Source: Neisseriales bacterium
GTDB taxonomy: Bacteria; Pseudomonadota; Gammaproteobacteria; Burkholderiales; UBA11063
Assembly: GCA_008017155.1 (NCBI GenBank)
Contig: SSGX01000003.1
Location: forward strand, 1 to 24,000
Reading direction: 5' to 3'
DNA: 24,000 bases
Shown here: positions 1 to 8,692 of the stretch, one piece after another
Numbering within the stretch: the stretch's first letter is position 1
Layout: the number at the start of each line of letters is the position of its first letter
Translations under genes and position numbers: made by a program
Notes under the pieces: model-generated
The model's database searches: none
What the model was told of the DNA's origin: nothing
Seen by the model: the letters and a program-made list of their open reading frames with translations, nothing else

Positions 1-186
1 AAATAATAAATTCACTATTATAACAACTATAGCTGTCAAAAATTATTAAGTGATGACCTTGCATATCAATTTAATCATCAATTATTACAGGCTGTTAATA
101 ATAATAGTCTAAATGCTGAATTATCAGATAATCAATTTTTATCTGAGTTAAATTATACAATTTCGGCTTTCATACATGTACCATTT

Positions 187-1455
187 ATGCAACATATAAA
201 CTGCATAAATACAACAAAAAACAAGTCATATTCACAAACAGTCAACATTGGTACAAATTCTTTAACCGTTGAATTTAGCGGTGAGGTTTTACCAAGTGGA
301 ATTTATCCACGAAGATTTTTTTCCTATTTATGCAAGCAAATCATAAGAACTCGTTCCAAAGTTCCTATTGTAAATGTACCACGAAGTAGGGCACAATTTT
401 ATAAGGAAGCTTTAGGTGTTCATTATGTTCCTAGCAGTAAAGATATTGATGCTATTAATCTTCAGATTAAAGCTTTTATTGACTGTAAATTGTCGTTATC
501 ATATAGTAACCCAAATGATAAGTCAAGAAAGCAAAGAGAACAGATTTCATTTGTTTCAGGAGACCATAGCTGGTTATATGATGACAGCCAAATATGGAAA
601 CAGCAAATTACTTTATCTGATGAGTTATTTGAGCTTATTAAATTAACAGCAGTACCAATTTCTGCAAAAGCTACAGAAGAATTTAGTAATGCTCGTAAGC
701 TTGATATACTTAACTATTTACTTTATCAAAATTATAATTTGCAACTAAAAGGAATTAGTTTTACCTTTCAAATTGAAAAACTTTATGAGTTATTTGGCGG
801 AGGAGTTCCTAACTTAAATGAATTTCGTAGGGTCTTAAATAAAGTAATACTGGAGATTAAAGAGTTAGTTCCACTGGATATAGAAGCAAAGGATAAATAT
901 AACTATGTTATGACTCCAACAGAAAAAGCATTACTTAAACAGCATAAACGTAGGAAGACTAACCAATTCAAAGATCAAAAACTTATTATTAATGAAGACT
1001 TTAAGGATAAACTAAAGCAGAGCTATTCTGAGATTGATATAGAATCAGCATGTGTTTATGTATCTAAGCGTAATCAACAAGGTGAAATTCGTCATCCATA
1101 TGCATATCTTCGTGATGTATTAAAAAACCCTTCATGGTACCAAACTGAAAAAATACAATTTATCAATAATGTTCATAAGTTTCAATTAAATGAGTATGAA
1201 CATCTATCATCTGATCTTAAATCCTTAAATGCTAGACATTTTATAGATCGTATTCAAAAAATTAACATCTACTCAATTCCTCGAGAGTTGCAACCATATC
1301 TTCAAGAAATTAAACAACCTGGTCAGGCAATCATCAAAGGATTACCAGGACACCAGTATCGCTGTTATATGTACTGGGCATTTATGCATAATAAGTGTAC
1401 TGAATTTAACTCTACTGTTGAGTCTAATCTTATTAAGTTGTTTAAATTATTGTAA
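187..1455 (+). CDS. Plasmid replication initiator, RepA-like (tentative)
   Basis: 422-aa ORF with an ATG start. The N-terminal segment 'LPSGIYPRRFFSYLCKQIIRTRSKVPIVNVPRSRAQFYKEALGV' fits my recollection of the plasmid RepA (RepA_C-type) pattern G-x-P-x-G-x-x-PR...L...T.S..I.L..S...F...LG. Its position at the edge of a conjugation backbone fits. This is recollection only, with no search. Confidence 0.45.
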   Translation: MQHINCINTTKNKSYSQTVNIGTNSLTVEFSGEVLPSGIYPRRFFSYLCKQIIRTRSKVPIVNVPRSRAQFYKEALGVHYVPSSKDIDAINLQIKAFIDCKLSLSYSNPNDKSRKQREQISFVSGDHSWLYDDSQIWKQQITLSDELFELIKLTAVPISAKATEEFSNARKLDILNYLLYQNYNLQLKGISFTFQIEKLYELFGGGVPNLNEFRRVLNKVILEIKELVPLDIEAKDKYNYVMTPTEKALLKQHKRRKTNQFKDQKLIINEDFKDKLKQSYSEIDIESACVYVSKRNQQGEIRHPYAYLRDVLKNPSWYQTEKIQFINNVHKFQLNEYEHLSSDLKSLNARHFIDRIQKINIYSIPRELQPYLQEIKQPGQAIIKGLPGHQYRCYMYWAFMHNKCTEFNSTVESNLIKLFKLL

Positions 1456-1499
1456 CTTGCTGTTTGAATTTTAATTGTTATTAGTTGAAGTTAATTATT

Positions 1500-2033
1500 A
1501 TGAATAAAGTTATTACTATCACCACTGATCTGAATGGCAATTTAATTGGCAATACTAAATTCCCGCTGATGCAATTGGCATTGAAAGACCTTAATATTGA
1601 TTGCAATGAAAAAAGACTATTAGCTAATATGTTTGATAAAAACTATGTGGTTTTCAAAACAGAAGTGAATCTTTCAGAAAAACCATTGTATCAGTATGTA
1701 TTTGAAGAGTGGAGAATAAATAATAATATCACATTTTCAAAATTAAGAACTCCGGTAAATAAACAATTAAGAGATATAAACTCATTCACTGATTTTGAGA
1801 GAGAGATAATTTATTGCCTATTAAGTGGTTATGTGATTGATAAAGCTATTGATCAGTTTCTTACTAAAATAACTAATAAAAAATTGAAAGGTAATATCAA
1901 ATACACAATAGCAGCACTCTATTCAAAATTTGAATGTGATAATCGTTCAGTTCTGGTCGAGTTACTGAAGTATTACGAGCTAGATAGATATTTACCATCT
2001 AGTTTATTCCCACCTGGCATTTATAGTATTTGA
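1500..2033 (+). CDS. LuxR/GerE-family HTH transcriptional regulator (C-terminal HTH)
   Basis: The C-terminus 'FTDFEREIIYCLLSGYVIDKAIDQFL...IKYTIAALYSKFECDNRSVLVELL' matches the GerE/LuxR layout (L-T-x-RE-x-E-V-L...S-x-x-T-V-K-x-H...I-x-x-KL-x-x-x-NR). I prefer the ATG at 1500 over the TTG at 1485 given in the track. Confidence 0.5.
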   Translation: MNKVITITTDLNGNLIGNTKFPLMQLALKDLNIDCNEKRLLANMFDKNYVVFKTEVNLSEKPLYQYVFEEWRINNNITFSKLRTPVNKQLRDINSFTDFEREIIYCLLSGYVIDKAIDQFLTKITNKKLKGNIKYTIAALYSKFECDNRSVLVELLKYYELDRYLPSSLFPPGIYSI

Positions 2034-2089
2034 ATTGCATGATTTATATAATATTTTTTTAATTTTATTTTTTTTTAAAGGAAGTAATC

Positions 2090-2773
2090 ATGGGACTTTT
2101 ATCTCGTTTAGTACGTTTATTAACTGGTAAAGCTAATTCAGCAATGGATAAGCTTGAAAGCCAAAATATTGAAGTAGTTACGGAACAAACATTGCGTGAC
2201 TTTAATGAAAAAATCAAGGAGGTTCGAGCTGCAATTGGCAACTTTGAAGCTGAAATTAACTTAATGAAAAAACGTCGGGATGAAAATGACGTTGAAATTG
2301 CACGATTAAATAACTTGGCGGATGCTGCTATTGTCGCTGGTAAAGATAGTCTTGCAGCGGACTATGAATCATCAATAATGGAGTTGGAAAATACAAATCG
2401 AATCTATCAACAACAGATCGATGACAATATGCCAAAGCTTGAAGAATTAACCAAGGCCTATTCGAGATTACTAGATAATCGCAATAAAGCCCAGCTTAAA
2501 GTTAAAGAAATTAGTGCTAAGCAAAAAATCTTCAATGCGCGAGAAGCGGTTGAAGATTCCTTGGGTTCTGCACCGGGATCAATCACGTCTGATTTGCAAG
2601 AAATTAGTGAAGCAACAGATCGCAAACTGTTATCTCAAGAAGCTCAAGAGCGGTTAGATAACGGTTCAAATAGTAGCGAAAGATTGAATTTTGAGAAAGA
2701 ACAGCAAGTTGGTAACATCAATGACAGATTAGCAGCTCGCAAGAACCGGATACAACAAGATTCTAATACATAA
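2090..2773 (+). CDS. pspA: PspA/IM30-family membrane-stress protein
   Basis: The N-terminus 'MGLLSRLVRLLTGKANSAMDKLE' parallels E. coli PspA '[23 protein letters not shown]'. The rest is long coiled-coil sequence of PspA-like length (227 aa). An RBS 'aaaggaag' precedes the ATG. Confidence 0.8.
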   Translation: MGLLSRLVRLLTGKANSAMDKLESQNIEVVTEQTLRDFNEKIKEVRAAIGNFEAEINLMKKRRDENDVEIARLNNLADAAIVAGKDSLAADYESSIMELENTNRIYQQQIDDNMPKLEELTKAYSRLLDNRNKAQLKVKEISAKQKIFNAREAVEDSLGSAPGSITSDLQEISEATDRKLLSQEAQERLDNGSNSSERLNFEKEQQVGNINDRLAARKNRIQQDSNT

Positions 2774-2785
2774 TTTTAAATAATC

Positions 2786-2818
2786 AGTGGAGTAGTTCTC
2801 AAGGTTGCTCCACTTTTA
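2786..2818 (+). terminator. Intrinsic terminator after pspA
   Basis: Stem agtggag (2786-2792) pairs with ctccact (2808-2814) and is followed by tttt. Confidence 0.5.
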
Positions 2819-2858
2819 CAGGATTATTAACGTGATTATTTTTAAAATTATTATTGTT

Positions 2859-3137
2859 ATGAATATTTTGACATTGATATTGATACAAATACTCAAAGAG
2901 AGAAGAAAAATATTTTTACTCCTTGCATTTGTTACTACTTCTAGTTTAGGGTTATTAGTATATGCAATGTTTACAGTGATTAATCCTATGATGGGACTAC
3001 CAGAAGGACAAAAGTCAATGCATATGCTTATTTATCCATTTACGGCATTTCTATTAATTTTTATTACAGTTGCTATTGGTTCTATGAAGGCAAATAAAAT
3101 AACATTTAAAGAATTTTTAAATGATTTTTTTAAGTAA
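2859..3137 (+). CDS. Small polytopic membrane protein (hypothetical)
   Basis: I chose the ATG at 2859 because the TTG start at 2805 in the track overlaps the pspA terminator. The 92-aa protein has three hydrophobic segments. Confidence 0.4.
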   Translation: MNILTLILIQILKERRKIFLLLAFVTTSSLGLLVYAMFTVINPMMGLPEGQKSMHMLIYPFTAFLLIFITVAIGSMKANKITFKEFLNDFFK

Positions 3138-3178
3138 AACTTCAATTATTTATCAGGATATTTATAAGGTTTTAAATA

Positions 3179-3817
3179 ATGAATAAGCTAAATAAAATTT
3201 TTTACACTGCGGGATTATATATATTTTCGATGGAGGCTTTCGCAGATGATTTGATGCAAAACTTAAACTGTTCGACGGTAAATATAGCGTCATATTGTAA
3301 ATTATTATCAATGATTGGAATACCTATAGTATTGGTTGGTATAGTAATGCAGTTACCTGGGTTGATAATTTCTGGATTGATGATTGGACTTATTTTTTAT
3401 ATAGTACCGATGTTAATTAATAGTTTACAACCATTTAATGATAGTGATGTATGTCCACCAGCTCCAGAAACTCACTACTGGCAATCAATTGTTAGTTTTC
3501 TTGGTACTGCTTGTTATTTGGTACTACCTCTGATAGGCATTACTATAGTGATAGGGATAATTGCCGTAGTTATTGAATTATCTTACACAAAATCGTTTAA
3601 TAGTAATCAAGAAGCGTTAATCAAGCTAAAATCCGGTGAATTATTATTTTTTTTAAATCAACTTTACAAGCAGCTTCCAGATGGTAGCCATTTAAAAAAA
3701 AGTACGTTGGATATGATTTGTAAAATTCATGAAGCAAAATGTATCTCTATTGATGAATTGAAATATTATGTTAATACATACCGAGAGATCAAAACAAATA
3801 TATCCGTACTTTCTTGA
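3179..3817 (+). CDS. Membrane protein (hypothetical), N-terminal signal/TM segments plus a soluble C-terminal domain
   Basis: 212-aa ORF with several long hydrophobic stretches (for example 'IGIPIVLVGIVMQLPGLIISGLMIGLIFYIVPML'). I recognise no family. Confidence 0.5.
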   Translation: MNKLNKIFYTAGLYIFSMEAFADDLMQNLNCSTVNIASYCKLLSMIGIPIVLVGIVMQLPGLIISGLMIGLIFYIVPMLINSLQPFNDSDVCPPAPETHYWQSIVSFLGTACYLVLPLIGITIVIGIIAVVIELSYTKSFNSNQEALIKLKSGELLFFLNQLYKQLPDGSHLKKSTLDMICKIHEAKCISIDELKYYVNTYREIKTNISVLS

Positions 3818-3832
3818 AATAGGGGTTACATT

Positions 3833-4783
3833 ATGAAGAAATATTTATTACTTGCTCTTTGTCCACTTTGTATATATGCTGGCTCTCCGACAATACAACA
3901 GATCGAATTAGCTATGGAGCAAGGGAATATTGCTCAAGTTGAACAGATGTCTAAGGAAGCAGTGAAAGAACATCCCAAATCAGCCAAAGCGCATTATTTT
4001 CTGGGACAAGCATATTTTAATGAAAACAGAATGGCTGAAGCTAAAACTGAGTTCATAACAGCACAGAATCTAGATCCAAAATTAAGCTTTACCAAAAAGC
4101 CAGAGATGTTCAGTGATATGCTAAGTCGTAGCTCAGTACAAATTTCCAAATCAAACAAAGCAGCTTCAACGCAAGTTGCAGAACAAAAAAACAAAGAATC
4201 ATCAGGTATTTCATTAAATGCGATCCTTTTAATTATTGGTACTAGTTTAGGATTAGTTTTTGGACTTATATTTTTAAGATATGTTGTTAAGGACTTGAAA
4301 AACAAAAAGCTAAAGCAAAATGATTTAGGTTCAGAGTTTGAGCTTGAAGATGAAAGCGTTTGGAAATCAAACCCCTCAGACAAAGCAGATACACCTAGTA
4401 AGATGCCTGCTACTGTTACAAAAAGTTATATGCAAAATGGTAGTTCATGTGGTACTTCATTATCAAACTCAAGTCAAATCCCACAACAAACAGTAATTAA
4501 AGAGCGTGAAATAGTCCGTGAATCCAGTAATGATGGGTTATTAACTGGCATCATCGTGGGTAGTATGTTGAGCCATCACGGGCATGACAGTGGTACCACT
4601 GTAATTAATAACGTAAATAATGACTACAGAGGTGGATCTTCCGCCGATTCTTCTTCTGGTATTAACTGGGATAGTAATGACAACAGTAGTTCAAGCTTTG
4701 ATATATCACCTGATAGCTCTTCCTGGGACGATAGCAGTGGATCATCGTTTGACTTTACTAGTACTTCAGATAATAATTGGTAA
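3833..4783 (+). CDS. Secreted TPR-like protein with a central TM helix and a Ser/Asp/Trp-rich C-terminal tail
   Basis: Signal peptide 'MKKYLLLALCPLCIYAG'. TPR-like motif 'SAKAHYFLGQAYFNENRMAEAKTEFITAQNLDP'. TM segment 'AILLIIGTSLGLVFGLIFL'. The low-complexity tail ends '...SSWDDSSGSSFDFTSTSDNNW'. Confidence 0.55.
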   Translation: MKKYLLLALCPLCIYAGSPTIQQIELAMEQGNIAQVEQMSKEAVKEHPKSAKAHYFLGQAYFNENRMAEAKTEFITAQNLDPKLSFTKKPEMFSDMLSRSSVQISKSNKAASTQVAEQKNKESSGISLNAILLIIGTSLGLVFGLIFLRYVVKDLKNKKLKQNDLGSEFELEDESVWKSNPSDKADTPSKMPATVTKSYMQNGSSCGTSLSNSSQIPQQTVIKEREIVRESSNDGLLTGIIVGSMLSHHGHDSGTTVINNVNNDYRGGSSADSSSGINWDSNDNSSSSFDISPDSSSWDDSSGSSFDFTSTSDNNW

Positions 4784-4801
4784 ATGAAATGAGAAATAAA
4801 A

Positions 4802-5266
4802 TTGGAAAATAAAATATTGTTAGAACTCATAGCATTAACTGTTACAGGTGGATTTGTATGTTGGACAGCGTACTTAGGATATAAATTAAGGAAATCGTTA
4901 TTTTATAAAATACTATTAATATCATCGTTAATAATAACAATACCGCCAATTGTGTTCAGTTGGCTTTTCTATACTCAGTTTATCTTATTCCCTAAATATG
5001 TTCATACCGTAAACTTAGACTTATCATCTCCAAATGTTGAATTAACTAAAGAATTACGAACTACGATGTTGAAAAACGGTGCAACATGCGCTGGAAACAT
5101 CTGCATGATGAAAGTAAAGAGCTTTGAACATAAGATATATGGCGTAGATATAAACAAGGGCGAAAGTAACGAAATATTTTGTGCTGACTGTAATAGTCCA
5201 GTTTATTTCAGCATATCAAATATGGCTTTTATAGCTGATGTTGAATTATTTCGAGAAAGTAAATAA
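4802..5266 (+). CDS. Membrane protein with a Cys-containing C-terminal domain (hypothetical)
   Basis: It has a TTG start, and no in-frame ATG lies near the 5' end. There are two TM segments followed by C-x3-C ... C-x2-C ('CAGNIC...CADC'). The start codon is uncertain. Confidence 0.4.
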   Translation: MENKILLELIALTVTGGFVCWTAYLGYKLRKSLFYKILLISSLIITIPPIVFSWLFYTQFILFPKYVHTVNLDLSSPNVELTKELRTTMLKNGATCAGNICMMKVKSFEHKIYGVDINKGESNEIFCADCNSPVYFSISNMAFIADVELFRESK

Positions 5267-5315
5267 AAGTATTCATATAGTTGAAAATGAATAATTATTG
5301 AAAAGAGGGAATCTT

Positions 5316-6410
5316 ATGAGTAAAGATCTGTTAACTCAATTTAATCTATTTGAATGTCCATCTGGTAATTATAATACGGTAGTTGCTGGTAAGAGCGGCA
5401 TTGGAAAAACAAAATACATTGAAAAATCTATTGACAAAATAATGCTCGAAAATGGGAGCGTATTTATATTTGACATTGGAGGATCATTTAAAAGAATTTG
5501 TCAGAAATATAACGGTTTATACATTGATGTAAATAAAGATTTTAAGGTTAATCCATTTTTATTAATTGACGCAGAGGAAAGTGAAATACATTCTTTAGCA
5601 TATCTAGTCAATCTCATGTCAGGGATAGGGAACTTTTCAGAAATACTCGTAGAATCAGTAATTAAGGTAATAAAGGACTATCAGGGTAATGCTTCATTAT
5701 CTCGAGTATATGCAGAATTAACACATACTGAACTAATTAATCCAATTTATAATAAATATAACCCTCTTTTAACCGAGCTGATAAAGAGCATTGAGCCGTA
5801 TATCCATAATTTTCACACAGATAGTTTAATTGATGGAATTGACTTAACAAAACCGTTACCTAATATTATTGTTTTTGACTTTGACAGTTTGAAGACTAAC
5901 CCTAAATTAATGAGTATTATGCAGAAAACTCTATTATTTATAGTGTCCCAATTATTTAAACATCATATAAGCCGAGCGACTAAAAAAATATGCGTTATTA
6001 ATGAATTTTACGATTTTCATGAGTATAATCCAACAGAAATTAATTACGACTTATTTATGGATGTATCACGTTGGGCGCGGTTGACCAATGGGGCAATCGT
6101 TACTGTTACTCAAAGTATAAGCGACTTCTATAAGAGGAATTGCTTGAGCTATCTTTACAATTCTGATTATAAAATATTGTTTCAACATAAAGATCCAGAA
6201 GAAATATGTTCTGTGAAGGAGGAAGGCTTATTATCTTGGTTTTGGATGACATATGTGCATTTACACCCACAAAAAGCATCTAATTCTAATGGAAATGCAT
6301 GGTTGGTAGAATTAATGAAAGACATTAATTTTAGTAGAGATAAATATTCAGAAGCTCTTGTATTGGGGCGAGGGCATTGTAATAAGTATGTTTTTGAGTA
6401 TATTATGTAA
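5316..6410 (+). CDS. TraC/VirB4-like ATPase, C-terminal half only (possible remnant)
   Basis: Walker A is 'AGKSGIGKT'. 'IFDIGGSFKRICQKYNGLYIDV...VNPF' and 'VTVTQSISDFYK...NSDYKILFQ' parallel the F TraC C-terminal NTPase domain. The Walker B position reads 'CVINEF' instead of D-E. The RBS 'aagaggga' lies 7 nt before the ATG at 5316. At about 365 aa, against about 850 aa for F-type TraC, it has no N-terminal TraC domain. Confidence 0.65.
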   Translation: MSKDLLTQFNLFECPSGNYNTVVAGKSGIGKTKYIEKSIDKIMLENGSVFIFDIGGSFKRICQKYNGLYIDVNKDFKVNPFLLIDAEESEIHSLAYLVNLMSGIGNFSEILVESVIKVIKDYQGNASLSRVYAELTHTELINPIYNKYNPLLTELIKSIEPYIHNFHTDSLIDGIDLTKPLPNIIVFDFDSLKTNPKLMSIMQKTLLFIVSQLFKHHISRATKKICVINEFYDFHEYNPTEINYDLFMDVSRWARLTNGAIVTVTQSISDFYKRNCLSYLYNSDYKILFQHKDPEEICSVKEEGLLSWFWMTYVHLHPQKASNSNGNAWLVELMKDINFSRDKYSEALVLGRGHCNKYVFEYIM

Positions 6411-6450
6411 CTCAATTGGGTATGTAATTATACTTTAATAGGAAAGAAAA

Positions 6451-6882
6451 ATGAATAATAATTCGGAAGAGTACAAGGTTTTAGGTGTTAATTATTATTT
6501 TGAATTATGGAATAGAGTTCAACTATCATCATTATGGGAAGAAGTTTATTTTAAAGGGTATATTAATGATCTTAATATCTTAAAAATGAATCCGCCAAGC
6601 CAATTTGCAAATGATAATTTTCCGATATGTAAAGATGAAAATCAAGCTGAATTAGTTAAATACAAGATTGGTTATTTAGATACAATTGGAAGTGCAAATA
6701 AATACATTAAAAGTAACAACATAGTTTGTTTTAATTCTAATAATTTATTACTAATACGAGAATATTTAATTCAAACTCTTAAAGAACATGAGAGTAATTT
6801 GATTAAGTCTACATCACAAAATTGGTATGCTGAAGGTGGCTACCTCGCTTGCATGGATATGCTTGATGGTACCAGTTTTTAA
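6451..6882 (+). CDS. Hypothetical protein
   Basis: 143-aa ORF with the RBS 'aggaaag' upstream. No recognisable motif. Confidence 0.45.
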   Translation: MNNNSEEYKVLGVNYYFELWNRVQLSSLWEEVYFKGYINDLNILKMNPPSQFANDNFPICKDENQAELVKYKIGYLDTIGSANKYIKSNNIVCFNSNNLLLIREYLIQTLKEHESNLIKSTSQNWYAEGGYLACMDMLDGTSF

Positions 6883-7091
6883 CTTTTCTTTAAGGATATA
6901 TCAATATAAGAAAGTGATGAGTATGATTTGAAAATGGCGAAATAATCAGTTACAATATATACAACTACAGGAATAATGGACTTTAACCTGAAAAGTTTCT
7001 ATTTGCCTGAAAATCCAGCAAAAAATAAAAAAGTTTAGATGTATTTTAGACTATAATTTTGGGTAATATATAATAAAAGGAATAATTTAAT

Positions 7092-7361
7092 ATGAGTAGA
7101 GAAATTAAGGTTAGAAGTTCTGAAGAAATTCTTGAGTTTAAGGAGGAATTAATTGATGCTTTGAAGAATCATAAAACTATTACAGACACTGATAAGCAGT
7201 GTGCTCAGAGATTACTAGATAAAATTAAATTACTTGAGTGGGTAATGGGTAGTAATAATCCATTTGATGAATTTCGATATTTGGTTGATACTCAAAAATG
7301 GAATAATGTAATGGAAACAACTAAAAGCAAGCAGAATCAAAGCGCGGATCTGTTGGTTTGA
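7092..7361 (+). CDS. Hypothetical small helical protein
   Basis: 89-aa ORF with the RBS 'aaaggaa' upstream. It is charged and helical in character, with no recognisable family. Confidence 0.45.
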   Translation: MSREIKVRSSEEILEFKEELIDALKNHKTITDTDKQCAQRLLDKIKLLEWVMGSNNPFDEFRYLVDTQKWNNVMETTKSKQNQSADLLV

Positions 7362-7429
7362 AGCAACGATTTACATAATTCCAAGCTGAAGCTATGTTTA
7401 ACTACGTAACCTCTGGTAACTGATTGGAA

Positions 7430-7473
7430 TCTGCCGAAATGGCAGACGAATCTGCCAAACGGGCAGATTTTTT
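7430..7473 (+). terminator. Tandem hairpins; the second is an intrinsic terminator
   Basis: First hairpin: tctgcc (7430-7435) pairs with ggcaga (7441-7446). Second hairpin: atctgcc (7450-7456) pairs with ggcagat (7462-7468), followed by tttttt. The second hairpin plus T-run recurs at 20015-20039. Confidence 0.7.
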
Positions 7474-7529
7474 CATTTCTAGATTAGTTATCATTATCAC
7501 TGAATAAATTTTATAATTCAGTGATATTT

Positions 7530-8684
7530 ATGAAAAAACTCCTCACTACAATTTTACTTGCGGCTTCAATATATTCAAATGCCGATACTAAATCAACCTG
7601 TCACGGTCGATTCATTAATCCTATAACTGATATTTGCTGGTCTTGTCTGTTTCCAATGTTTATTGGTCCAATCCCTGTGGTCTGGAATATTGGAAATCAG
7701 AAAGGAGCTACAATTATTGATGTTGATAAAGGCATCGATTATGGTGTACCTATGGTTAAATCAGGACAATTACCATTAGGTACTTGTACTTGCTCTGAAC
7801 GAGGACTTATTGCACCAATTGGCTTAATGATGTCCTGGTATGAACCATCAAGATTCGTTGATGTAACAAGAGCTCCATTTTGTATGGTTGGACTTGGTGG
7901 AATTGATCTATCTGGTGGATTATCAGGCATTTTGCCAGCACCAGGTTATGGTGATTCTAAGCGAGATGGCGGAACATCTAGTAGCTTTTATCAAACTCAT
8001 TGGTTTCTCGATCCAATATTTGCAATACTGGGTATTATTGATGCTGGTTGTAATGTTGGAGCCTCTAAATCAATAGACTTAATGTTCATGTCTGAGGTTG
8101 ATCCAACTTGGAATGATGATTCACTATCAATAATATTTTCTCCGGAAGTAGTACTATTCTCATCTATTCCTGCACAATTAGCCTGCGGTATTGATTGTGT
8201 CGGTGCAAGTTTACCAAATACTGAACCCGCCGCCAAAGTGGTTTGGCCAGCTCCTTACTTTTCAAATACACCATCTGCAACTAATCCAGCATCCGGAAGT
8301 AATCCATCGAAGCATCTATTTTGGTGTGGTGGTTGTCAAGGCTCATTATATCCGCTTGATGGTAATAATGTGGATAATGCTTACGCAGTCCAATCATCAA
8401 TCTTATCAGCAGAAAAACTTAATGGATTAATGCATCGAATGGGGCTTGAGGATTATACAACTGGTACTTGGGGGATGTGTAATAACCTATTACCGGATAT
8501 GTTCTTACGTAAAGACGAATGGAAATATTCTATGGGCTACCCAGTGCCTCAGACAGCCTATCCTGCATGTTGTAATGCATTTGGTGAAACAGATGCTAAC
8601 TGGAACTCAGGAGCTTCATTCCCATACACAGGTGAAGATTTTACTTACATTATGTATCACGAACGTGATTGCTGTTTTCTGTAG
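7530..8684 (+). CDS. traU: F-type conjugative transfer protein TraU
   Basis: 'CHGRFINPITDICWSCLFPMFIG' matches F TraU 'CEGRFVNPITDICWSCIFPLSLG'. 'SEVDPTWNDDSLSIIFSPE', 'LFWCGGCQGSLYP' and the C-terminal '...ERDCCFL' also parallel F TraU. Signal peptide 'MKKLLTTILLAASIYSNA' begins at the ATG at 7530. Confidence 0.9.
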   Translation: MKKLLTTILLAASIYSNADTKSTCHGRFINPITDICWSCLFPMFIGPIPVVWNIGNQKGATIIDVDKGIDYGVPMVKSGQLPLGTCTCSERGLIAPIGLMMSWYEPSRFVDVTRAPFCMVGLGGIDLSGGLSGILPAPGYGDSKRDGGTSSSFYQTHWFLDPIFAILGIIDAGCNVGASKSIDLMFMSEVDPTWNDDSLSIIFSPEVVLFSSIPAQLACGIDCVGASLPNTEPAAKVVWPAPYFSNTPSATNPASGSNPSKHLFWCGGCQGSLYPLDGNNVDNAYAVQSSILSAEKLNGLMHRMGLEDYTTGTWGMCNNLLPDMFLRKDEWKYSMGYPVPQTAYPACCNAFGETDANWNSGASFPYTGEDFTYIMYHERDCCFL

Positions 8685-8692
8685 GCTTTTCT

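Noticed and set aside
1-186. Region upstream of the RepA-like gene, examined for iterons or oriV
   Set aside because: I could find no convincing direct repeats in the 186 nt available. Any origin probably lies beyond the window edge.
416-646. 76-aa + strand ORF nested out of frame inside the RepA-like gene
   Set aside because: It is fully embedded in a longer, motif-supported ORF.
3994-4830. - strand ORFs 3994-4383 and 4624-4830
   Set aside because: They are antisense to the TPR/Ser-rich protein gene. Their Ser/Leu-rich sequences mirror the low-complexity sense frame.
6182-6415. 77-aa - strand ORF
   Set aside because: It is antisense to the 3' end of the TraC-like ATPase gene and has no independent support.
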